Positions 27,001 through 38,100 of a stretch of DNA of 64,000 nt are shown in pieces (positions within the stretch are counted from its first letter, which is position 1; each line of letters begins with the position of its first letter). Under the pieces are notes generated by a model. That model saw nothing but the letters and a program-made list of their open reading frames with translations, was not told the origin of the DNA and made no database searches. Source of the stretch: Balanoglossus misakiensis (taxonomy: Eukaryota; Animalia; Hemichordata); NCBI GenBank assembly GCA_040954595.2, contig CM082578.2, positions 649,740 through 713,739 on the forward strand. Reading direction: 5' to 3'. The translations under genes and the position numbers were made by a program.

Positions 27001-28991
27001 TGAAGCCTGACTGTCGCCTGTCTTAGGTCACCACTTCATAAGAGGTCTTACCCGTCATTGGCACAAACAGTCTCAGGAAGTAAGCTTTCAGCCTACCAAT
27101 GTAGCTATTATATTTTCCACTTTTTGTAAGTGAAGCCTGACTGTCGCCTGTCTTAGGTCACCACTTCATAAGTGTTCTTACCCGTCATTGGCACAAACAG
27201 TCTCAGGAAGTAAGCTTTCAGCCTACCAATATAGCTATTATATTTTCCACTTTTTGTAAGTGAAGCCTGACTGTCGCCTGTCTTAGGTCACCACTTCATA
27301 AGCGGTCTTACCCGTCATTGGCACAAACAGTCTCAGGAAGTTAGCTTTCAGCCTACCAATGTAGCTATTGTATTTTCCACTTTTTGTAAGTGAAGCCTGA
27401 CTGTCGCCTGTCTTAGGTCACCACTTCATAAGAGGTCTTACCCGTCATTGGCACAAACAGTCTCAGGAAGTAAGCTTTCAGCCTACCAATGTAGCTATTA
27501 TATTTTCCACTTTTTGTAAGTGAAGTCTGACTGTCGCCTGTCTTAGGTCACCACTTCATAAGTGTTCTTACCCGTCATTGGCACAAACAGTCTCAGGAAG
27601 TAAGCTTTCAGCCTACCAATATAGCTATTATATTTTCCACTTTTTGTAAGTGAAGCCTGACTGTCGCCTGTCTTAGGTCACCACTTCATAAGAGGTCTTA
27701 CCCGTCATTGGCACAAACAGTCTCAGGAAGTAAGCTTTCAGCCTACCAATGTAGCTATTATATTTTCCACTTTTTGTAAGTGAAGCCTGACTGTCGCCTG
27801 TCTTAGGTCACCACTTCATAAGCGGTCTTACCCGTCATTGGCACAAACAGTCTCAGGAAGTTAGCTTTCAGCCTACCAATGTAGCTATTATATTTTCCAC
27901 TTTTTGTAAGTGAAGCCTGACTGTCGCCTGTCTTAGGTCACCACTTCATAAGAGGTCTTACCCGTCATTGGCACAAACAGTCTCAGGAAGTAAGCTTTCA
28001 GCCTACCAATGTAGCTATTGTATTTTCAACTTTTTGTAAGTGAAGCCTGACTGTCGCCTGTCTTAGGTCACCACTTCATAAGAGGTCTTACCCGTCATTG
28101 GCACAAACAGACTCAGGAAGTAAGCTTTCAGCCTACCAATGTAGCTATTGTATTTTCAACTTTTTGTAAGTGAAGCCTGACTGTCGCCTGTCTTAGGTCA
28201 CCACTTCATAAGAGGTCTTACCCGTCATTGGCACAAACAGTCTCAGGAAGTAAGCTTTCAGCCTACCAATGTAACTATTGTATTTTCCACTTTTTGTAAG
28301 TGAAGCCTGACTGTCGCCTGTCTTAGGTCACCACTTCATAAGCGGTCTTACCCGTCATTGGCACAAACAGTCTCAGGAAGTAAGCTTTCAGCCTACCAAT
28401 GTAGCTATTATATTTTCCACTTTTTGTAAGTGAAGCCTGACTGTCGCCTGTCTTAGGTCACCACCTCACAAGCGGTCTTACCCGTCATTGGCACAAACAG
28501 TCTCAGGAAGTTAGCTTTCAGCCTACCAATGAAGCTATTATATTTTCCACTTTTTGTAAGTGAAGCCTGACTGTCGCCTGTCTTAGGTCACTGACTCATA
28601 AGCGGTCTTACCCGTCATTGGCACAAACAGTTGCAGGAAGTAAGCTTTCAGCCTACCAATGTAGCTATTATATTTTCCACTTTTTTTGTAAGTGAAGCCT
28701 GACTGTCGCCTGTCTTAGGTCACCACTTCATAAGCGGTCTTACCCGTCATTGGCACAAACAGTCTCAGGAAGTTAGCTTTCAGCCTACCAATGTAGCTAT
28801 TATATTTTCCACTTTTTGTAAGTGAAGCCTGACTGTCGCCTGTCTTAGGTCACCACTTCATAAGCGGTCTTACCCATCATTGGCACAAACAGTCTCAGGA
28901 AGTAAGCTTTCAGCCTACCAATGTAGCTATTGTATTTTCCACTTTTTGTAAGTGAAGCCTGACTGTCGCCTGTCTTAGGTCACCACTTCAT
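12007..28991 (+). repeat. 130-bp tandem satellite array, segment 2 (~131 monomers)
   Basis: Same monomer and orientation as segment 1. The 130-bp phase is unbroken from ~14.5 kb to ~28.68 kb. Confidence 0.99.
17930..25770 (+). repeat. Higher-order repeat, 28-mer (3640 bp), ~2.15 copies, nested 9+12+7 monomers
   Basis: Rare variants recur exactly 3640 bp apart: GTGGCTATTA 19821/23461, AAGGCTATTG 19951/23591, TGAATCCTGACTGTGG 21541/25181, TCTCGGGAAG 18361/22001/25641. CCGACTCATA spacings of 1170, 1560 and 910 bp repeat twice. Confidence 0.92.
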
Positions 28992-29302
28992 TTACCGTTG
29001 CAGAGAAGCTACCGAAATTGCGAAGTGTTTTTGTGAGCCGTCTTACTCCAGATACAAGCATTGATCAGGTCAAGACTTTTATTAATGACAAGTGTGGTCC
29101 TTCAACATTTCAAGATGGCGTCAAATTGAAAACACGCTATGACACATATTCATCGTTCAGAATCGATGTTAATGACAGTTGTATTGAAAATGTCCTCTGT
29201 CCTGAATTGTGGCCAACAGGAGTTTTCGTGAAACCGTATTATCTCTCGAAGTCGGAGTTGATCGCAAAGTCTAAGAAAGGTTCGTCACAAGTAGGAATTT
29301 AA
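28992..29302 (+). pseudogene. C-terminal fragment of LINE ORF1 (RRM-like nucleic-acid-binding region), truncated at the 5' junction
   Basis: The frame is open from the junction (TVAEKLPKLRSVFVSRLTPDTS...YSSFRI...ELWPTGVFVKPY) to TAA at 29300-29302 and has no native ATG. The FVSRL...YSSF...WP.G pattern is typical of LINE ORF1 C-termini. Confidence 0.78.
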
Positions 29303-29312
29303 GAAACTCATA

Positions 29313-32102
29313 ATGGATTCTATTAACATTGCCAGTTACAACTTAAGAGGTTTAAACTCCTCCCGTGGTTCTCTTGACGTTTTGCTTAATTCTTGTGATA
29401 TTATCTTGGTTCATATTATCTTGGTTCAAGAGCATTGGCTTGATAAGGAAAAATTATCTGTTCTCGGTGCTTTGCATAATGAGTTTACCTCAACATGTGT
29501 GAGTGCCATTGACAGTTCACATGGTGTTCTCACCGGCTGACCCTACGGGGGTGTTGGTATTCTTTGGCGTAAAAATCTTAGTGGTATCTCTCCTATCCTA
29601 TTTGATGGAGAAAGCCGTGTTGTAGGTATTCGTATTAAAATGTCAGATAAGCCAGATGTTGTAATTTTCAATGTGTATCTGCCAACTGCAAACTCTGATT
29701 GTGATGAATATCAGCGGATCTTAGGCTTGTTACAAGTTACAATCAATGATTTAGATACTTGCTGTTGTCTTATTTCTGGCGATTTTAATGCAGACCCAAC
29801 GAGAAATCAACATGAGTTCACCCTTTTAGATAATTTTGTGAAAGATAATAAGTTCGTCTTTTCAGACATTGAACGCCTGCCCCCTGAAACGTTTACATAT
29901 TTAAGTGATTCGTGTTCAGCCAGAAGTTGGCTTGATCACATTATATGCTCATCATCGTCTGATACTATAGTTGATTCTGTTAAGGTAAACTATGATTTCA
30001 TTTCATCTGATCACTTCCCTGTAATGTTCACTTTGAAGACTCATTTGCTACCAAGGATTAGTATTTCGTCACCAGCTGAAATACATAGTCCTAGTTGGAA
30101 CAAAGCGTTCTCTTGTCAACTTGAAAACTATAAAGTGTATTGTGATAGACTTTTATCTGAAGTTTATATTCCTGTTGAAGCACTAGCATGTACTGATCCA
30201 GACTGCTGTATACATTCAGAGTCGATTGACACTTTTTACAATGATATTATTTCTGTACTTTTAACCGCAGCGGATAGGACTCTTCCTAAAATTACACACT
30301 CAAATAAGCATGCAATTCCTGGTTGGAATGCTCTAGTCAAAGATTATTATGACAAAGCTCGCACTGATTTTTTAATCTGGAAGGATAATGGCTCCCCTAA
30401 ATTTGGTCCCTTCTTTGAACTTATGCGCAGGTCCAGAGCTCAATTTAAAAGGCAGTTAGCAAATTGTAAGAAGGCAGAAAAAGAAATGCGCGCAAATGCC
30501 CTGGCTGTAAAATTAAAGAAAGACTCCAAGGCGTACTGGAAAGATGTCAGTAAACGGAAAGGTAGATCAATATCTCCATCATCTATTGATGGTCATTCGG
30601 GTGATGTTGAAGTGGTTAATATGTGGAAAGACCATTACGAGAATATTTTGACAAAAACTGGAAAAGAGTCCGCACCTGATTTTATGAACATTGAGTACTG
30701 TGATGACATGATTGTACACCATGAAGAAATTTGTGAATTAATTAAGAACCTTAAGACAGGTGCATCGTCGGGTATCGACATGGTGTCACCTGAGCACTTG
30801 AAGTATGCGCCATACAGAGTCAGTGTTCTACTTTCCCTCTGTTTCACGGCTATGTTAATTCATGGCATTGTTCCCAAACAATTGATGACTACGGTTTTGG
30901 TTCCCATTCCAAAAAACCCAGGTGGTGACATTTGTGACAAATCGAAGTACCGTCCTGTTGCTGTTGCAACAACGATATCTAAACTGTTAGAGAGAGTTTG
31001 GTTAAATCGCTGCATGGATTGTCTAACGACTAGCGAGCACCAGTTTGGATTTAAACCAGGCCATGGTACCGATATGTCAATTTTTGTTCTTAAAGAAATT
31101 TTGAATTATTACAAGCGTTGTAACACTCCTGTTTTTGTCACTTTTATGGATGCATCCAAAGCTTTTGATTATGTTCGTCACGATATTCTCTTTGTAAAAT
31201 TTTTGGCGAGGGGTGTCAATCCTTATCTCATTAAGATTTTGTCATACATGTATAGGCACCAAGATTTTGTGGTGAGATGGAATGGGTTGTTATCTAAACC
31301 TTTTCACTCAAAGAATGGGGTTAAACAGGGGGGAATTACGTCACCTATATTTTTCACAGTCTACTTGGATGATATCAGCAAAAATCTTTCCGCTCTTCCG
31401 TATGGCTGCCTTGTAGGGGACTATAAGGTTAATCATTTAATTTACGCCGATGATTTGGTTATTATATCTACTGGAGCCTATGGCCAGCAGATGCTTGTTG
31501 ATACTTGTGGTCATTATGGCAGCATTAACTCAATTTTCTTCAATGAGAAAAAAACAGTCTGTATGTTAATTCAGCCAAGTATGCGTAGGCTCAGACACGT
31601 TCCAATTTATCTGAACGGCCGAATGCTGAATTATGTCAATGTTTATAAATATCTTGGTCACCTTATCACTTGTGACCTTAGGGATAATGAGGACATTCTA
31701 GCTCAAACGCGACAATTTTATGTTCGCGGTAATGCGATTATTCGTGATTTTAAATTTGCGTCTATCTCTGTTAAATGTCATTTGTTTTCTGTATTTTGTG
31801 ATATCCCGTATTGCTCTTACTTATGGAATGCTTTTTCTGTGTGTATTTTTAATGCAGTTAGGAGAGCTTACTCCCAGGTTTTCCGTAAATTGTCTGGATT
31901 TAAACATTCTTTTATTCAGAGCAACAGTGCGATGTTTGTTAATCTTTCCATTTTAACTTTTGATGAAATACTCCGGAAAAAATCATTCAGCTTTTTAAGC
32001 AGACTCCACCTCTCAAGTAATCCACTTGTAGCCAGTGTTTTATCACTATCAGACTTCTCAAATAGTGGACTTTGGAAGGTTTGGAGTATACGATTGTTTT
32101 GA
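29313..32102 (+). pseudogene. LINE ORF2, AP-endonuclease plus reverse transcriptase (~929 codons), interrupted by one in-frame TGA at 29538-29540
   Basis: ORF-track pieces 29313..29540 and 29640..32102 are in the same frame and read through as G*PYGGVGILWRK. APE motifs: SYN, QEHW, NVYLP, GDFNA, WLDH, SDHFP. RT motifs: YRPVA, QFGF, DASKAFD, KQGG..SP..F, YADD (~31443), KYLG. Confidence 0.93.
29398..29428 (+). repeat. 15-bp tandem duplication in the ORF2 endonuclease domain (in-frame, +5 aa)
   Basis: ATATTATCTTGGTTC occurs twice in tandem, giving DIILVHIILVQE instead of DIILVQE. Confidence 0.9.
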
Positions 32103-32148
32103 TGTTTTTATGGTATTTTGTTTTGCTATGGATTATTTTATAATCTGA

Positions 32149-32177
32149 AATAAAGATGAAATAATAATAATAATAAT
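32149..32177 (+). terminator. LINE 3' end: AATAAA signal plus (AAT)6 microsatellite tail
   Basis: AATAAA at 32149-32154. (AAT)6 at 32160-32177 merges into the satellite ATAAGCGG. Confidence 0.8.
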
Positions 32178-35100
32178 AAGCGGTCTTACCCGTCATTGCC
32201 ACAAACAGTCTCAGGAAGTAAGCTTTCAGCCTACCAATGTAGCTATTGTATTTTCCACTTTTTTGTAAGTGAAGCCTGACTGTCGTCGGTCTTAGGTCAC
32301 CACTTCATAAGAGGTCTTACCCGTCATTGGCACAAACAGTCTCAGGAAGTAAGCTTTCAGCCTACCAATGTAGCTATTGTATTTTCCACTTTTTGTAAGT
32401 GAAGCCTGACTGTCGCCTGTCTTAGGTCACCACTTCATAAGAGGTCTTACCCGTCATTGGCACAAACAGTCTCAGGAAGTAAGCTTTCAGCCTACCAATG
32501 TAGCTATTATATTTTCCACTTTTTGTAAGTGAAGCCTGACTGTCGCCTGTCTTAGGTCACCACTTCATAAGAGGTATTACCCGTCATTGGCACAAACAGT
32601 CTCAGGAAGTAAGCTTTCAGCCTACCAATGTAGCTATTGTATTTTCCACTTTTTGTAAGTGAAGCCTGACTGTCGCCTGTCTTAGGTCACCACTTCATGA
32701 GCGGTCTTACCCGTCATTGGCAGAAACAGTCTCAGGAAGTAAGCTTTCAGCCTACCAATGTAGCTATTATATTTTCCACTTTTTGTAAGTGAAGCCTGAC
32801 TGTCGCCTGTCTTAGGTCACCACTTCATAAGAGGTCTTACCCGTCATTGGCACAAACAGTCTCAGGAAGTAAGCTTTCAGCCTACCAATGTAGCTATTGT
32901 ATTTTCCACTTTTTGTAAGTGAAGCCTGACTGTCGCCTGTATTAGGTCACCACTTCATAAGCGTTCTTACCCGTCATTGGCACAAACAGTCTCAGGAAGT
33001 AAGCTTTCAGACTACCAATGTAGCTATTGTATTTTCCACTTTTTGTAAGTGAAGCCTGACTGTCGCCTGTCTTAGGTCACCACTTCATAAGCGGTCTTAC
33101 CCGGCATTGGCACAAACAGTCTCCGGAAGTAAGCTTTCAGCCTACCAATGTAGCTATTATATTTTCCACTTTTTGTAAGTGAAGCCTGACTGTCGCCTGT
33201 CTTAGGTCACCACTTCATTAGCAGTCATACCCGTCATTGGCACAAACAGTCTCAGGAAGTAAGCTTCCAGCCTACCAATGTAGCTATTATATTTTCCACT
33301 TTTTGTAAGTGAAGCCTGACTGTCGCCTGTCTTAGGTCACCACTTCATAAACGGTCTTACCCGTCATTTGCACAAACAGTCTCAGGAAGTAAGCTTTCAG
33401 CCTACCAATGTAGCTATTATATTTTCCACTTTTTGTAAGTGAAGCCTGACTGCCGCCTGTCTTAGGTCACCACTTAATAAGCGGTCTTACCCGTTATTGG
33501 CACAAACAGTCTCAGGAAGTAAGCTTTCAGCCTACCAATGTAGCTATTATATTTTCCACTTTTTGTAAGTGAAGCCTGGCTGTCGCCTGTCTTAGGTCAC
33601 CACTTCATAAGCGGTCTTATCCGTCATTGGCACAAACAGTCTCGGGAAGTAAGCTTTCAGCCTACCAATGTAGCTATTATATTTTCCACTTTTTGTAAGT
33701 GAAGCCTGACTGTCGCCTGTCTTAGGTCACCACTTCATAAGCGGTCCTACCCGTCATTGGCACAAACAGTCTCAGGAAGTAAGCTTTCAGCCTACCAATG
33801 TAGCTATTATATTTTCCACTTTTTGTAAGTGAAGCCTGGCTGTCGCCTGTCTTAGGTCACCACTTCATAAGCGGTCTTATCCGTTATTGGCACAAACAGT
33901 CTCGGGAAGTAAGCTTTCAGCCTACCAATGTAGCTATTATATTTTCCACTTTTTGTAAGTGAAGCCTGACTGTCGCCTGTCTTAGGTCACCACTTTATAA
34001 ACGGTCTTACCCGTCATTTGCACAAACAGTCTCAGGAAGTAAGCTTTCAGCCTACCAATGTAGCTATTATATTTTCCACTTTTTGTAAGTGAAGCCTGAC
34101 TGTCGCCTGTCTTAGGTCACCACTTCATAAACGGTCTTACCCGTCATTGGCACAAACAGTCTCAGGAAGTAAGCTTTCAGCCTACCAATGTAGCTATTAT
34201 ATTTTCCACTTTTTGTAAGTGAGGCCTGAGTGTCGCCTGTCTTAGGTCACCACTTCATAAGAGGTCTTACCCGTCATTGGCGCAAATAGTCTAAGGAAGT
34301 AATCTTTCAGCCTACCAATGTAGCTATTATATTTTCCACTTTTTGTAAGTGAAGCCTGAGTGTCGCCTGTCTTAGGTCACCACTTCATTAGCAGTCATAC
34401 CCGTCATTGGCACAAACAGTCTCAGGAAGTAAGCTTCCAGCCTTCCGATGTAGCTATTATATTTTCCACTTTTTGTAAGTGAAGCCTGACTGTCGCCTGT
34501 CTTAGGTCAACACTTCATAAGCGGTCTTACCCGTTATTGGCACAAACAGTCTCAGGAAGTAAGCTTTCAGCCTACCAATGTAGCTATTATATTTTCCACT
34601 TTTTGTAAGTGAAGCCTGGCTGTCGCCTGTCTTAGGTCACCACTTCATAAGCGGTCTTATCCGTCATTGGCACAAACAGTCTCGGGAAGTAAGCTTTCAG
34701 CCTACCAATGTAGCTATTATATTTTCCACTTTTTGTAAGTGAAGCCTGAGTGTCGCCTGTCTTAGGTCACCACTTCATTAGCAGTCATACCCGTCATTGG
34801 CACAAACAGTCTCAGGAAGTAAGCTTCCAGCCTTCCGATGTAGCTATTATATTTTCCACTTTTTGTAAGTGAAGCCTGACTGTCGCCTGTCTTAGGTCAA
34901 CACTTCATAAGCGGTCTTACCCGTTATTGGCACAAACAGTCTCAGGAAGTAAGCTTTCAGCCTACCAATGTAGCTATTATATTTTCCACTTTTTGTAAGT
35001 GAAGCCTGGCTGTCGCCTGTCTTAGGTCACCACTTCATAAGCGGTCTTATCCGTCATTGGCACAAACAGTCTCGGGAAGTAAGCTTTCAGCCTACCAATG

Positions 35101-38100
35101 TAGCTATTATATTTTCCACTTTTTGTAAGTGACGCCTGAGTGTCGCCTGTCTTAGGTCACCACTTCATAAGAGGTCTTACCCGTCATTGGCGCAAATAGT
35201 CTAAGGAAGTAATCTTTCAGCCTACCAATGTAGCTATTATATTTTCCACTTTTTGTAAGTGAAGCCTGACTGTCGCCTGTCTTAGGTCACCACTTCATTA
35301 GCAGTCATACCCGTCATTGGCACAAACAGTCTCAGGAAGTAAGCTTCCAGCCTACCGATGTAGCTATTATATTTTCCACTTTTTGTAAGTGAAGCCTGAC
35401 TGTCGCCTGTCTTAGGTCACCACTTCATAAGCGGTCTTACCCGTTATTGGCACAAACAGTCTCAGGAAGTAAGCTTTCAGCCTACCAATGTAGCTATTAT
35501 ATTTTCCACTTTTTGTAAGTGAAGCCTGGCTGTCGCCTGTCTTAGGTCACCACTTCATAAGCGGTCTTACCCGTCATTGGCACAAACAGTCTCAGGAAGT
35601 AAGCTTTCAGCCTACCAATGTAGCTATTATATTTTCCACTTTTTGTAAGTGAGGCCTGAGTGTCGCCTGTCTTAGGTCACCACTTCATAAGAGGTCTTAC
35701 CCGTCATTGGCGCAAATAGTCTAAGGAAGTAATCTTTCAGCCTACCAATGTAGCTATTATATTTTCCACTTTTTGTAAGTGAAGCCTGAGTTTCACCTGT
35801 CTTAGGTCACCACTTCATTAGCAGTCATACCCGTCATTGGCACAAACAGTCTCAGGAAGTAAGCTTCCAGCCTACCGATGTAGCTATTATATTTTCCACT
35901 TTTTGTAAGTGAAGCCTGACTGTCGCCTGTCTTAGGTCACCACTTCATATACGGTCTTACCCGTCATTGGCACAAACAGTCTCAGGAAGTAAGCTTTCAG
36001 CCTACCAATGTAGCTATTATATTTTCCACTTTTTGTAAGTGAAGCCTGAGTGTCGCCTGTCTTAGGTCACCACTTCATAAGAGGTCTTACCCGTTATTGG
36101 CACAAACAGTCTCAGGAAGTAAGCTTTCAGCCTACCAATGTAGCTATTGTATTTTCCACTTTTTGTAAGTGAAGCCTGACTGTCGCCTGTATTAGGTCAC
36201 CACTTCATAAGCGTTCTTACCCGTCATTGGCACAAACAGTCTCAGGAAGTAAGCTTTCAGCCTACCAATGTAGCTATTGTATTTTCCACTTTTTGTAAGT
36301 GAAGCCTGACTGTCGCCTGTCTTAGGTCACCACTTAATAAGCGGTCTTACCCGTTATTGGCACAAACAGTCTCAGGAAGTAAGCTTTCAGCCTACCAATG
36401 TAGCTATTATATTTTCCACTTTTTGTAAGTGAAGCCTGACTGTCGCCTGTCTTAGGTCACCACTTTATAAACGGTCTTACCCGTCATTTGCACAAACAGT
36501 CTCAGGAAGTAAGCTTTCAGCCTACCAATGTAGCTATTATATTTTCCACTTTTTGTAAGTGAAGCCTGACTGTCGCCTGTCTTAGGTCACCACTTCATAA
36601 ACGGTCTTACCCGTCATTGGCACAAACAGTCTCAGGAAGTAAGCTTTCAGCCTACCAATGTAGCTATTATATTTTCCACTTTTTGTAAGTGAGGCCTGAG
36701 TGTAGCCTGTCTTAGGTCACCACTTCATAAGAGGTCTTACCCGTCATTGGCGCAAATAGTCTAAGGAAGTAATCTTTCAGCCTACCAATGTAGCTATTAT
36801 ATTTTCCACTTTTTGTAAGTGAAGCCTGAGTGTCGCCTGTCTTAGGTCACCACTTCATTAGCAGTCATACCCGTCATTGGCACAAACAGTCTCAGGAAGT
36901 AAGCTTCCAGCCTTCCGATGTAGCTATTATATTTTCCACTTTTTGTAAGTGAAGCCTGACTGTCGCCTGTCTTAGGTCAACACTTCATAAGCGGTCTTAC
37001 CCGTTATTGGCACAAACAGTCTCAGGAAGTAAGCTTTCAGCCTACCAATGTAGCTATTATATTTTCCACTTTTTGTAAGTGAAGCCTGGCTGTCGCCTGT
37101 CGTAGGTCACCACTTCATAAGCGGTCTTATCCGTCATTGGCACAAACAGTCTCGGGAAGTAAGCTTTCAGCCTACCAATGTAGCTATTATATTTTCCACT
37201 TTTTGTAAGTGAGGCCTGAGTGTCGCCTGTCTTAGGTCACCACTTCATAAGAGGTCTTACCCGTCATTGGCGCAAATAGTCTAAGGAAGTAATCTTTCAG
37301 CCTACCAATGTAGCTATTATATTTTCCACTTTTTGTAAGTGAAGCCTGAGTGTCGCCTGTCTTAGGTCACCACTTCATTAGCAGTCATACCCGTCATTGG
37401 CACAAACAGTCTCAGGAAGTAAGCTTCCAGCCTACCGATGTAGCTATTATATTTTCCACTTTTTGTAAGTGAAGCCTGACTGTCGCCTGTCTTAGGTCAC
37501 CACTTCATAAGCGGTCTTACCCGTTATTGGCACAAACAGTCTCAGGAAGTAAGCTTTCAGCCTACCAATGTAGCTATTATATTTTCCACTTTTTGTAAGT
37601 GAAGCCTGGCTGTCGCCTGTCTTAGGTCACCACTTCATAAGCGGTCTTACCCGTCATTGGCACAAACAGTCTCAGGAAGTAAGCTTTCAGCCTACCAATG
37701 TAGCTATTATATTTTCCACTTTTTGTAAGTGAGGCCTGAGTGTCGCCTGTCTTAGGTCACCACTTCATAAGAGGTCTTACCCGTCATTGGCGCAAATAGT
37801 CTAAGGAAGTAATCTTTCAGCCTACCAATGTAGCTATTATATTTTCCACTTTTTGTAAGTGAAGCCTGAGTTTCACCTGTCTTAGGTCACCACTTCATTA
37901 GCAGTCATACCCGTCATTGGCACAAACAGTCTCAGGAAGTAAGCTTCCAGCCTACCGATGTAGCTATTATATTTTCCACTTTTTGTAAGTGAAGCCTGAC
38001 TGTCGCCTGTCTTAGGTCACCACTTCATATACGGTCTTACCCGTCATTGGCACAAACAGTCTCAGGAAGTAAGCTTTCAGCCTACCAATGTAGCTATTAT

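Larger units (their letters stand above)
28992..32177 (+). mobile_element. 5'-truncated non-LTR retrotransposon (LINE, APE-RT type, probably RTE-X-like)
   Basis: ORF1 C-terminal remnant, 10-bp spacer, ORF2 with endonuclease and RT motifs, short 3'UTR, AATAAA and an (AAT)6 tail. It is inserted cleanly between CACTTCAT and AAGCGGTC of one monomer. The clade call comes from my recall of motifs (IPGWN; C-terminal RQFYVRGN..IRDF...S..VK..LF..FC..Y...LW) and was not verified by a search. Confidence 0.93.

Noticed and set aside
29313-29540. Separate 75-aa gene upstream of an 820-aa gene
   Set aside because: It is in the same frame as the downstream ORF and the APE motifs are continuous across the TGA, so this is one ORF2 with a nonsense mutation. 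There is no evidence for programmed readthrough or selenocysteine.
30635-32202. ORFs 30635..30847(-), 31720..31956(+) and 31987..32202(-)
   Set aside because: These are shadow or antisense frames overlapping LINE ORF2. The poly-Tyr run is just the (AAT)n tail read backwards.
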